Positions 41,180-52,440 of a stretch of DNA of 64,000 nt are shown here, piece after piece. Origin of the DNA: Lama guanicoe. Taxonomy: Eukaryota. A model generated the notes under the pieces. The model ran no database searches. It saw only the letters and a program-made list of their open reading frames with translations, and had not been told where the DNA came from. The translations under genes and the position numbers were made by a program. How positions within the stretch are numbered: position 1 is the stretch's first letter; each line of letters opens with the position of its first letter. The DNA lies in the NCBI GenBank assembly GCA_013239625.1, contig MU053934.1, forward strand, positions 5,784,399 to 5,848,398. The letters are read 5' to 3'.

Positions 41180-42420
41180 TGTGTAACAGGGTTTGTCCCA
41201 CATTGAAGCGTATTATGACACCTTTGCTAGATTGGTGCGTGATTGGCGCGCACGTTTCCCTCGGGAACGAGGAGGCCGAGGGGCGTCCTGCCCAGCAGGG
41301 CGGGCGCAGCGCACAAATGCCATTCCAGTCTGCAGACCAGGAAGCACAGAGAGGCGTGTGCAAGCGCTGCCTGCCCCTCGGGCAGTGCCCCGTCCATCCT
41401 GTCCCCGTGCCTTCGACCCCAGTGCCCGGAATCACTGGGGTGGCGGTGGAGGGGGGCTCATCAGTACTGTGGTTTGGAAGGAAGGGACTCGACCGTCCAG
41501 CACCCGACCCGGGGCCGGGGACCGCGGGCCCTGCCACCCACCCGCACAGTCCCGCCGCCTCGCTGTGCGGCCCGGGCACACCTGCCTCAGGGGGACCCGG
41601 CCGAGGTCGGGGGCCCGCGCCATTTCCGGAGGCAGCGCGGGAAGTGTCCGCGTCTGCTGTAAACGATCGAGTCTCTCCTGCGGCCTCCGAGGGCCCCGGC
41701 AGAGGGAGGTGGGGGCGGGTCTGAAAGGGGAACTCGAACCAGAAAGCAAACCCGAGGCGGTTTCGTTCGCTCAGATCCCGACACAAAGGCGACCGCGGGC
41801 GCAGAGACGCGGGGCTCGGCGCGGGGAGGCGGCCCAGAGACCCCGCGGCTCGTCCAGAGGCCGCCGGCGCCCCGCGCTTCCGCGGAGAGGGGAAGCCCGG
41901 GCCGGCTCGGGCCGGCCACACCCCGACACCTGGCTCCCGCCGGAGGGGGCTGCTCCCGGGCCGCGCCCGCCCTCCCGCCCCGGCGCGGGGTGGGCCGCCG
42001 CGCCCTCCGGCTCTGCTCTCTCCAACCTTTGTTCTGGCTTCAACTCGAGATGCCCTCGGCCCACGCACCCAAACCCCAGGGCTCCGTCCGGGCGTCGACC
42101 CTTAACCCTCGCTGACCCCCGTCCCGCGGTCACAGTCCCGATCCGGCCACCCGGGCGTGTCTCGGGGGCGGGGGAGGGAGGCGCCCCGGGTCCCCGCGGC
42201 TGCACGTGCGGGGCCTCCGCCGGGGCGGAGCTCTGGGGGAGCCGCGGTCTCGCCCCGCCGCGGTAAAGGTGTTCCGGCGGCCGGCCCGGAGCAGGCGCCC
42301 GGCCGGGAGCGGGAGCCGCAGTTGTGAGCCGGCTGGACAGCCCTCCCCCTCGCCCTGGTGGAGCTCGGGGACGATCAGTGCGGCACTAATAGCAGTTAGT
42401 AACAGTAAACTCTTACTAAA
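41180..42420. promoter_or_regulatory. Orphan CpG island with promoter-type motifs
   Basis: ~1.2 kb very GC/CpG-dense. ATTGG boxes at 41231 and 41242, CGCCATTTCCGG (YY1+ETS-like) 41618-41629, GGAAGT 41640-41645, several GC boxes; no recognisable coding exon. Confidence 0.8.
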
Positions 42421-42899
42421 TTGTCGAGATCACTGTAACCAGGTCTGACCTGAAGAGCCCGGTTAGAGTTCCCGTCCATAAAGTTACAGAGGAGTTGGTA
42501 ATCTTGGATATTCTGTTTAATTTTACCTTGGAGACTTTTTTTTTTAAACATAAATGAAAGTCACGATGGTAAAATGAGCCCCCAGGCGCGCATCACCCAG
42601 GTAGTTACCGAACCATGCCTTTCTGGTTTTGTCTGCTCCTCAATCTCCACCCCTACCTGTCATTGTGAAACAAACGCGTGACATCGTCAGGTTCAGCTGT
42701 GCCCCCTGGAACAGTCACCGGGTTTTGATGAAAAGACCACTGATTGTTTAGAAAACTTTTTAAAAGGAGTGGAGATAAAGATGACAATAGAAGAGATTAA
42801 ACAGTGAAAGGCGTGGAAAGACTGAAGTGGGTGAAGGCCTGGCAGTGCTTCCTGGGACATCAGGCTGCCCCCGGTGAGGGCTGAGCAGACAGGAGCCAG

Positions 42900-43570
42900 G
42901 GAGCTGGTGAGAAGAGGCCTGATTCAGGCACTAACTGAAGGTAGAAGAGACCAGATTTGTGGACGGATTAGATGGGGGTCTTGAAAGAGAGAGTCTTCAA
43001 GGATGGGAAGCTGAATGAATGGCAGTGCTTTTAACTGCGATGGGGGAAGACTGGGGAAGGAGCAGATGGGGGGCGGGGAGGTCAAAATAAAGTTCAGCCA
43101 TATTACATCTGAGCTGCCATTTAGATACCCAAGTGGAGATCTCACAAAGATAGGTGCTGAAAGAGAATTCCCAGAGATGAGAGCAGGGCTTGAGATTTAA
43201 GTCCGGAAGGGGAGAACATGAAATGTATTTAAAATCCTGGGACTGGAATTGGTGTCGATAATGGCTAACGAAGTTGGAGGGAAACCAGGAGAGTGTGGTC
43301 TCTCAGAAGCCAAGGGAGGAAAGTGTTCCAAGAAAGAGGAAGGGACCAACAGTGTGAAATGCCACTGAGAGGTTAAGGAAGAGGAGGACAAAAACTGACC
43401 ATCGAATTTAGTAACAGGGACACCTTTGGTGACCCTGGCAGGAGTAATTTCAAAGGAGCAACAGAGCTGGAAACCAAACCAGAGAAGACTGAAAGAACAG
43501 GAGTGAGGGAGTGATTAATCTTAGAAGGAATTTTGATATGAAGAGAAACTAGAGAAATGAGGCCAAAGAG
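42900..43570 (-). mobile_element. L2 LINE remnant
   Basis: gatgggggtcttg ... tttagatacccaagtggagat ... ggaaaccaggagagtgtggtctctcagaagccaaggg ... tggtgaccctggcaggag. Confidence 0.75.
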
Positions 43571-43746
43571 AGCATGAGGTCAGGAAACGTCAAAACAAAA
43601 CAGAAACAACCTTTTAATACAGAAAGTTTAAGGCTTATACAAAAGTAGAATAATCGAATAAACCCATGCCCATCATGCAGTTTCAACGATTATCAACATA
43701 CAGGCAATTTTGTTTCCTCTATACCTGCCTGCTTATTTTAAAGCAG

Positions 43747-43893
43747 ATAGCTCAGTGCTAGAGCACATGCTTAGCAGGCGTAAGGTCCTGGATTCAATCC
43801 CCAGTACCTCCACTAAAATGAATAAGTAAATGAATAAACCTAATTACCTCTCCCCAAAACAAACAAACAAAAAACCCAAAATAAGTAAATAAA
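43747..43893 (+). mobile_element. Vic-1-like SINE (slightly 5'-clipped) inserted in an old L1 fragment
   Basis: atagctcagtgctagagcacatgcttagc ... ggattcaatccccagtacctcc; imperfect TSD taaagca(g/a)at. Confidence 0.85.
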
Positions 43894-44175
43894 TAAAGCA
43901 AATCTCAGAATTCATTCTGTTTCAATCACAGACTCCAGCATTCAGACCTCTAACAGATAAGGATTCAATCTTTAATAGCTAAGGACTTCATTTTTTTAAA
44001 CATAAATATCATACCTAAAAATAATTAACAGTAATACCTTAATATCATCTAATATCCAGTCACCAGTGTTCACATTTTCCCATAAGTGATTTTTTTCTAA
44101 TGGTTGGTTTGTTAAAATCAGGATCCAAATAGGTCCATAGATTGCATTTGTTTGATATGTCTCTTAAGCCTCTTT

Positions 44176-44427
44176 TATTTTTTTTAACTTTTTTTTATCG
44201 AGTTATAGTCATTTTACAATGTGTCAAATTCCAGTGTAGAGCACAATTTTTCAGTTATACATGAACATACATATATTCATTGTCACATTTTTTTCGCTGT
44301 GAGCTACCACAAGATCTTGTATATATTTCCCTGTGCTATACAGTACAATCTTGTTTATCTATTCTACATACGCCTGTCAGTATCTACAAATTTTGAAATC
44401 CCAGTCTGTCCCTTCCCACACCCCGCC
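44176..44427 (-). mobile_element. Young-looking L1 3' end with 15-bp TSD
   Basis: Poly-T start, tccagtgtagagcacaatttttcagttatacatgaac; TSD ctcttaagcctcttt at 44161-44175 and 44428-44442. Confidence 0.85.
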
Positions 44428-44699
44428 CTCTTAAGCCTCTTTACTTTATAACATATACTCTCCCTCTTTAAAAAAATTTTTTTAAGAAACCAGATCATTT
44501 GTTTTTCAGAGTTTCCCACATTCTGGATTTTGCTGATGGCATCGTTGTAACAGTGCTGTGAACTTCCTGTTACATTACATAAAGTCTGGTTGTCTCTTTT
44601 TGTGACTGAGCAGGTGTTTTCAGCCTGATCCTTCCATTAAAAGTTCTCCATCAGCCTTTCCCCTGTCATCCATCAGCATTACAACCCCAATCATGAGCG

Positions 44700-45725
44700 T
44701 TCTTGAAAAACAATGGTGAAGAGAAATCCCCCTATGGGGCATCTACATCTATTGTAGAGGAGGCTTTCAATAATCAAGTGGACAAAATGACACATTCTGC
44801 GGCTGTCAGTCAGCCTCTTTCCCCAGCCACCCTGGTTCAGGTGGGTCCGTGTGGCAGGGATGGAGAGTATGCCTGGGCAACGACAAGGCCATCACCTCAA
44901 CAAGCTGATCTGGCTACTGCCATTCCTGCGCGTTTAACCTGCCAACAGCAGAGACCAACACTGGCCTCCCCTCACCCCGTATGCCATCATTCCTGAGGGG
45001 ACCAGCCAGCCACCGGCCTGTAGTTGATTACGCTGGACCCCTTTCAGCGTGGAGAGGACAGTGACTCTCCTCCCTAGAATAAACATGCATTCTGGACAGG
45101 ATCTGCCTTTCTTGTCAGCAGTGCTTCTGCCAGCGTCACCATCCATAGGCTTTTGGAATGCTTTTTGCACTTTCATGGTATTCCACACAACAATGCCTCT
45201 GATCAAGGGAATAATTTCCTCGCAAAAGAATTGTAGCTGTGAGCATGCATGCATAGAATTCAGTAATATTACTATGTACCCCATCACCTAGAAGCAGCTG
45301 GCCTGAAAGAATGGTGGAATGACCTACAGAGGATTCTGTTCTGGCGCCAGTTGAGAAAAACACCCTGAAAGGGTGGAGGTCTGTCTTACCCGTGCTTTCA
45401 ACCAGTGATCTATTTGTGCTGCTGTCTGAAGGTCTGAAACAGGAGCAGCTTCTCTCACTGATACTTCTTTCAATTCCTGCTCCCATGCCTTTAAGCTTGA
45501 TAGGAGGTCTCAGTTCCCAAAGGAGGAATATTTCCCACTATTAGGGGACAAAGCTATGGTTCCATTCAATTGGAATCCAGACATTTGGCTCTTTCCAACT
45601 GGTAAAGAGTTTAATCTATTGGCTGCGATGATTCACCTCAATTACCAAATCAAATTGTTGCTTACAAAGGGGGCTGCAAAACTGTGTCCTGAGCCCAGAG
45701 GATTCTATGTTGCACTTCTTGGTAT
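44700..45725 (+). mobile_element. ERV-L pol remnant (end of RNase H, integrase, dUTPase), degraded
   Basis: Translated fragments EEAFNNQVDKMTHS..SQPLSPAT..GRDGEYAWA..ADLATA..TCQQQRPTL (ERV-L integrase Zn-finger region) and MVPFNW..LLAAMIHLNYQ (dUTPase-like); many stops and frameshifts. Confidence 0.85.
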
Positions 45726-45727
45726 TT

Positions 45728-47400
45728 GGGTTTCCTTGTATCGGTGCAACTCAGACCTGTATCTAAGAGCCCTCGAAAGCTCTTGGCGTTCCTCTGTTCA
45801 GTGGTGTACAATTAATTTCTCTGGTAAATGACTAAAAGTCCTTTTGGAGAAGCTACATAGGTATGCACTACTTGTAGTGGCATTAAGGGTCGTTTCTTGA
45901 GGGGACTTGGCCTCTCCTTCATTTGATGGATTCTGGTCATCAGAACCAGCTCATGCCTGCTAAATAGGTGAGAGATTAAGGCTTTTCCAATTTAATGTGT
46001 GACAGCCATCTGCCAAAAAACATCAATTACCACAAGATCTCTGTGTCAAAGGCCACCTGGCTGCCATTCCCGTTTTGTTCCCCACCCCAGTCATTGTGCC
46101 CACCATGCCTCTGTTGATTAAGTGCTACCACCGGCCTCTGCTATTTCAGAATCCTGTTATGCATATTGGACTAGGGAATCCAGGCACATAGCTGCATCTT
46201 TTATGTAAACCCTGGCCCACAGAGGGTGACTACCACTGAGTTTCTCAACAATGTGGACCTCTCATCGGTGTATTCTGTGCGGCTTTAGTGAAGACAGTGT
46301 CTTGCAGAGATCATGGTCAGCTTCACTGGTTTTACGTAATAAATCCATTCTAACATGCTTACATCTCCTAGCTTTTTGACCCTTTCTTCACACTGCCAAA
46401 GCACGGCCAGCATTTCCATCTGATTTTCTGTACAATATTCATGGTTTCCAACATTTAAGGGGTCATTCCAGAGGGTATCAGCACTGGCTCCAGAAATCCT
46501 TGCCAGAATATAAGTCCTGAATCATGAGGCGGTTCCCCCCACATCAATAAACTCTCTCCATTCCAGGCTTATAATTCCAGGGATCACCCTCCCTGGTCCA
46601 TCACTCACAGGATCCATTCCCAGGAATGTTCTCCTTGTTCCTGCTGAAACATATTAGCCAGGGTCTGAAGCTTTTTTGGTAAGACTTGACCCTAGTTTTC
46701 GTTCTAGAATCCTGGAGGGCAAGAAAGGGCAGACCTCAAGGAGGACAAGTCCATCTGACTCTAATGAGGCCTTTACCTGGTCTCCAGGTGACGGGGAGCT
46801 CCTTTCCCCTACTGAAGGAGGGGGCCAGGCCTGCTGTCCCAGAGGGTTAGGGCGAATCTGGATGTTTAGGGTCCTCAGCTGCATCTACTCAAATGTCACA
46901 TCCAGGCCTCAGAGCCCCGCTCCTTCCCTTTCCAGTTCCTAGCAGAGGAGACTTGATGGGGCTGAGTTCAGCCTCCTTTGTTAGCTCATAAATAAGACCT
47001 TGGGCCTGATTTTCAGCACCGTCCGTCCTCTGGCTGCAGGAGACGCCACCACGGAGACTGTGGCTTTCGCATCAGGCTCTGAGCTGATAGTTGACTGACG
47101 AGACTGTTATTTTCTTCCTTCTGGGCTTTTAAGTCAGATGAAACAGCCAACCAGCCCCATATCCTTATAATAATCCACTGCCCTCGTGTTTTCCAAGTGA
47201 GAAAGTTGTTGCAGAGGCACCGCGGCTTCTTCCACCTGTTTCCCGCCCTCACCTACCAGAGGAGCGCATCCAGCGTGGGGGGGTTGCCACCACCCCACTC
47301 AACGTCAGTAACAGGGCCCTTGTTGCTGTCTGGCTGGCAAATGATCCAACTCCAAAACCCCACTCAGAGAGCTTAATTCCCGGAACCACTTCAGGTAACA
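45728..47400 (-). mobile_element. ERV-L internal region: PBS, gag and protease, degraded
   Basis: Minus strand 45778-45755 reads FRGLLDTG (aspartic protease motif); minus strand from 47400 reads tgttacctgaagtggttcc, similar to the ERV-L tRNA-Leu PBS, directly after an LTR. Confidence 0.8.
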
Positions 47401-47900
47401 TCTTGTTTTTGATTCCATCAAATGCGGAGCCTTAGGCAGGAATTTGAGAGCAGGTAGCTGATTTTGAAAATGACCCCAGGAAGCCGCAGTGAGAGTAGTG
47501 GGAAAGCAAGACAGGAAAGGTGAGGAAGCTGATGTTCAGGGTGTGGTTGGGATACAGGGCACATTAATGAGTGTTACCGCTGTGGGCAACTAGGACTCCG
47601 TGGCAGACTTCCTGGAGGAGGTGTGCATGGCACTCCTTGGGTTTGTTCTGCTCTAGGATTAGGAAAGCGTGGCATTTACTCACTAACTTCCACCTCCCAC
47701 CATTTGACGGCTGCTCCGGGGGAGTGTCCATCCTGCCCACTTTCAGGCTGAGCGTGTTCCTGTGGCAGAGAGACCTTTGGGCAGAGAGTCTTTGGTGCCT
47801 TTGCACCAGGAGGCCTTGGGGTGTATTGAACAATGAGCACTTCGAGGAAACGAAAGGGGTGACGCCAGCACCGTCAGGTGTAGCTTTTCAAAGTCCCCTC
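47401..47900 (-). mobile_element. ERV-L 5' LTR (LTR33-like)
   Basis: gagccttaggcaggaatttgagagcaggtagctgattttg ... ccccaggaagc ... gggaaagcaagacagg; abuts the PBS. The far boundary is approximate. Confidence 0.7.
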
Positions 47901-50900
47901 CTCCAGGTGTGTGGTTCTACACCCCAGCCCCCGCCCTTGTCCTCCCAGGCCAAGGGGAGGCAGCTGCTCCCTGCAGTGTTACCTAGGAGTTCCAACCTTG
48001 CCTCTTTGGTCCACCAATAGCTGTTTAACCACTTTCCCGCATTAATTTCTCCCTGCTAAAACCACCGGTTTGGTCTCCGTTTTCCTGCCTGGACATGAAC
48101 AAAGGAATTAATAAACAGGGAAAACAGAGCAGCATGAGTAAGAAGGAGGAGACAGTGAGGAGGGAGCACACACTGAGGGAGGGGAGGCCGGCAGGACCCA
48201 AGCAGGAAGGACCTGGGGGCCGTGTAAGACCTTGAGGGGAGAAAGTAAGAAAGTATTTGGGAACCACCAAGGCAGCATCTTGGCCGGGCCTGGCACGTGG
48301 ATGGTTCCTGTTTTCCCTTCCTGTCTGTTTCATCTTCAGCTTTACTGTGCACACATTCTCCTGACCGGGGAAGTCCAGGCCCTGGGCTCAGAGTGGGCCA
48401 TACAGGGATGCAAGTCTGCCCTCTGTCTAAAAAGAACTCTGATCTTGTTTGAGCTTTGGGACTGGCTTGCACCTTTGTGGATGTAGATTTGAGGAAACTT
48501 GATACACCCTCTGCTCTGTTGATATTGAACCTCCCTGTGGCCTCAGACAAGCCATGCAGCTCCATACCCCAAGGCCTTTGCCTGTGACATTCCTTTGCCC
48601 AGGAACACGGTTTCTCCTGGTCCTTCTTCTGGTGCTAGCACACTCCAGCCACTCTCTCAAGACCTACCTGAACTATTCCCTCTTCTTTCTCTGACTTCCC
48701 TGTACAGGACTGTGGCTTCCTCTTTGGAAATTATGTATGCATACACATATCTATTACGGCCTGTGTTACAAGTGTTTTTTGAAAATCTGTTTTCCTCTTG
48801 CCCAGAGTATGATCTCCTTTCAGGCTTCATTCATCCCTATATCTTCATTCATTCATGCAACAAATCTTTTTTGAGTCCCTGCCGATCCCAGGCGTGGGAG
48901 CAGCTCAGTCAGTGTCTGCTGGAGGGATGAATGAATTGGTGAGCAGTTGCTACCCGGACGGATGCTGTGTTGCTAGGTGACAAACTAGTGATGATTAGAG
49001 AGGAGGGGGTAACTGCTGTTGTGTGCGATGAGAATCTGCACATCTTCCCTCAGGATCAGGGAGGCATCGTGGGTGGAATTTCCACAATTCAGCGCTGCCA
49101 ATGTGGCAGGGGTGAGGCTGGACTTCCAACAGTGATCTTCGTTGTGCGTGGGGAGAGGAAGGACAGTAGGAGGGAGTTGTGTTAGAATCTTTCCAGTAAG
49201 TAAAAGGCTATCTTTCCCACATCCTTCAAGTTGAGAATCACGGAATTAAAAGCTTTCTAAATAAGAGTAATGAGGAAACTTAAGTGGGCGGGTTCAACAC
49301 GAGTCTACACAGACGCCTGCGGGGACCAGGCAGGAGAGTGTAAGTGGGAGCAGCTGATGGGAGGGGACTATGGCTCACGCCTGGAGGGAGCCGCTGCTCA
49401 GCAGAAAGAGACGGTCACCGGGAGGAATTGGGGGCCCCGTGTTGCAAGCTCTTCCAGCTTTTCAGGTGAGGCCACAAGACCAGGTTTTAATGTGAAATCT
49501 CCTGAGTTTTCAATGTTAAAAGTAATCTAGATTTTGCAAAGCCAGGGGTTTTCAGACTCCATCTTCCCCAGCCCAATACGATTCTTTCCTCCAAGCCCCA
49601 GCCTGGAGAGCATGTTCCCAGGACACCCTTCCCTGGCGTCACCAGCTCCTCTGTTCATTCAACATTGATGAAGCCCAGCTGGGAGCCAGGAGTGCTGGGG
49701 CTGCATCGGGGGAGGAGTCCCTGCTCATGGCAAGTTCCATGTGTCCCCTCCATTGCGGTGCCTCCCTTAACTCTATTCTTCCCTGTGATTTGTTGGTCTC
49801 TGTTTCCCCCACTGGATCCCCCTCTATTCTGGGAGCATCGTGAGGGCAGTCAGAGTGTTGTGTGCATCTCTGTATTTGGCATATAAAAGAACAACAGATG
49901 TTCATAAATGAAGCCTCCGGGGGACACAGGCCTCAGGTAAATGAAAGACAGTCCTGCGGATTTGGCAAACAGGTTAGGTGGGGTCCAGAGGGCAGAGCTG
50001 GAACCTTACAGTCAGAGCTCCATTGATTAGAAGGAAGCATTTCTAACAATGAGATGGGTGGCCTGGAGGGAAATAAAAAGCTTACCTTCCCTGGAGGTGT
50101 CTGGGAGGTGAGCTGACCGGCCCCTAAAGTAATGCTGGGTTAAAGGGGAGCCACGTTTGGGAAGAGGCTCTGCTGGATGGTTACCTGTTCCCTCCAGCTT
50201 CCTTTATCTGCGTTTTGCCATTTCTGTAGCACAAGATTGAGTAAACTGCGACATGAGGCCCCAGAGGCAGTCAAGTGGTTAGGAGCAGGGGCTGTGCTTG
50301 CAGGCAGACCTGGGTTTGAATCCAGGCTCTGCCATTTTGCGGTGCAGCCATGGGCAGGAGGTTTCACCCTCTCTGAACACAAGTAACTCACTGTTCAGGG
50401 GTGCGGGAGGCTCCTCACCTCGTCTCCCTTCCAGGGCTCCCACACCAGGCAGGCACGAAAGGCTACCTTGGAAAGGAGAGCAGACGCTAAAGCTAGTAGT
50501 TGAGGTGAAAGTTGGTCAGGGTTAAAACTGCTCTTCAGACTCCCTGGGAAGGTGACACGTGGGGGACTGTCCTGTCCCACAGTGAGTCCAACACAAGCAG
50601 TTTCCCCTCCTGATTTAGAAAAGAACATCGCTGGTCAGCACCGGAGGAAGTCGTTAGCTTGCATCTGAAGGTTAATGTTGTATGAACAGTTCCCATCCTT
50701 GGGCAGCAGAACCACATTTAGTGCAGTGAGACGGCCAGACGCACAGGGGCATGAGGCTGGGGTTGAGCAGATCAGAGAAAGGGCAGGTCTGGGTCTCCTC
50801 TCTCTCCACTTGGCCAGAGGTTCGCAGGTAAGCGGTGAGTGGAACCTACATTACTTCAATCATTAGTTTTTCTCTCAACCTCTCTTCTGTATTTGCCAAG

Positions 50901-51869
50901 CCCGTGTACAGAATCTTCATAGGTTACTTTAGATAAAAGTACTCTGTTGACCTGGGCAACCTAGAACTGTGGTGCAGGCCATTGGGTTAACTGTGCCGAG
51001 ACCTTCCTGTCAGCCACGGGCCCATGTCCACCTTCCTCCTTGCTCCACTGGAAATAGAAGCAGCTGGCCCACGATGTGGCCTGACGGGACATTCCAGCAG
51101 GTGTAGGTAAAAAACCTGCAAGAGAGTGAGACCAGCCACCTGTGCCACGCAGCTCATCGCAGCTAGAACAGAAGGAGACTGGGCACCTGCTCATCACCTT
51201 AGAGCGACCCCACCCACCAAAAAAAGATTGTCAAGCTCTGACTATTGGGTTAGCGCCTTTTCCCTTAGGGAGAAGCGAGAAAAAGGGAGAAAGAAAGGCT
51301 GGACATGTTCTTTGTGGGCATTTGGCTGAAGTGCCCTCTTCTCCTGTGGAGGCAGCCATGTGAGGATGGCTTGTCAACATCCCTTCCCACCCCGCACACA
51401 CCTGCTGCGAGGTCAGCCCTGGAGAGGACTGAACGCGGGGCCTTCCAAAAATGTTCACTGTGGCAAGTGATAGTAGCCAACAATTATAATCGTAACACAC
51501 ATGCATATAATAAACATACAAATGGAAATATTAACAACATAAAAAGACTGAGAGTTAACAAAGTCAGACTTCACTACAGGTGTCAGGTGCTATTACAACC
51601 TGCCAAAACAGTAACAATCCTGAGATAGTAACCATCCACGCTTGTATCGTACTTGTATTGAGCACTCATGGTGCATGTATCTGTCATCCCCATTTTACAG
51701 ACAAGAAGAATGAAGCTTAGGGGTAATGTGTCAAGTAACACAGCCAGATTTCTACTGCAAGTGATTCTGCAAACCCATGGAATCTGGCTTCAGCACCATG
51801 CTCTGTGCTCTGCTCACTCACTGATGTTGGAGCATTTCACTTATCCAAATAATAATCAGCGACTGTTAA

Positions 51870-52440
51870 TTCCAATCATGGGTAACTCTGGAACCCAGTT
51901 AGAGGAAATATACCTGGCCTTCCTCTTGAGTTAGTGTAGAGAGTGGGTGATAACTTACTGCTCCGGTAACAGTGAGGCCCAGGGCAGGCATGGCTGTAGG
52001 CATGGCTAGATGGCCTGGCGTGGGCAAGGCTCTCCTTTCCCTGACTCTGCTTGTCCCTATTTCTCCTCGCATGTTTGTCTCATTCCCTCCAGCCACAGCT
52101 GGACCCTCTCCATCTGGTGGGAAAGGCAGCTGCTGGCAGCCTCCAGCCTCCACCCACAAAGGTCACAACCTGCAAGGAGAACCCTGTGCCTCCTAGTGTC
52201 CCTAAGCAAGATGGACTGGAAAGAACTGATTGGCCAAGACTGAGCTACATGCCCCTCGACCAGTCACTCTGGTCAGGAGACTGGACACCATTATTGTCCA
52301 GACCTTGACTGCGGGGCCTACTCCCACAGTTAGGTGGTGGTCAAGGCCCTGGGAGTGACTGTCCCACCATGGGACAGGATAGGGTCAGTCCCCCAGTGGA
52401 AAGAGAGGTGCTAGGAAAACAAAAACAGGCCTCCCTACCA
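51870..52440. mobile_element. Old MaLR LTR (MLT1J/K-like)
   Basis: ctgattggccaagactgagctacatgccc ... gaccagtcactctggtcagg. Confidence 0.5.

Noticed and set aside
40819..42266. 301-, 321- and 357-aa ORFs over the second CpG island
   Set aside because: Overlap in several frames and both strands, low complexity, mostly non-ATG starts, no recognisable domain.
20142..47900. Idea that the LTR33-like copies at 20.1 kb and 47.4 kb are the two LTRs of one provirus
   Set aside because: They are 27 kb apart with unrelated unique DNA between and are quite diverged from each other; independent insertions are more parsimonious.
25767..50670. Joining exon 25767-25829 to 50619-50670 gives LARSIQ...SPRPIKEHRWSAPEE, resembling a kinase activation segment (GLAR...RWxAPE)
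   Set aside because: The pieces are 25 kb apart across a CpG island, and I found no HRD, DFG or DVWSFG-encoding exons. Treated as coincidence unless tblastn with kinase profiles finds more pieces.
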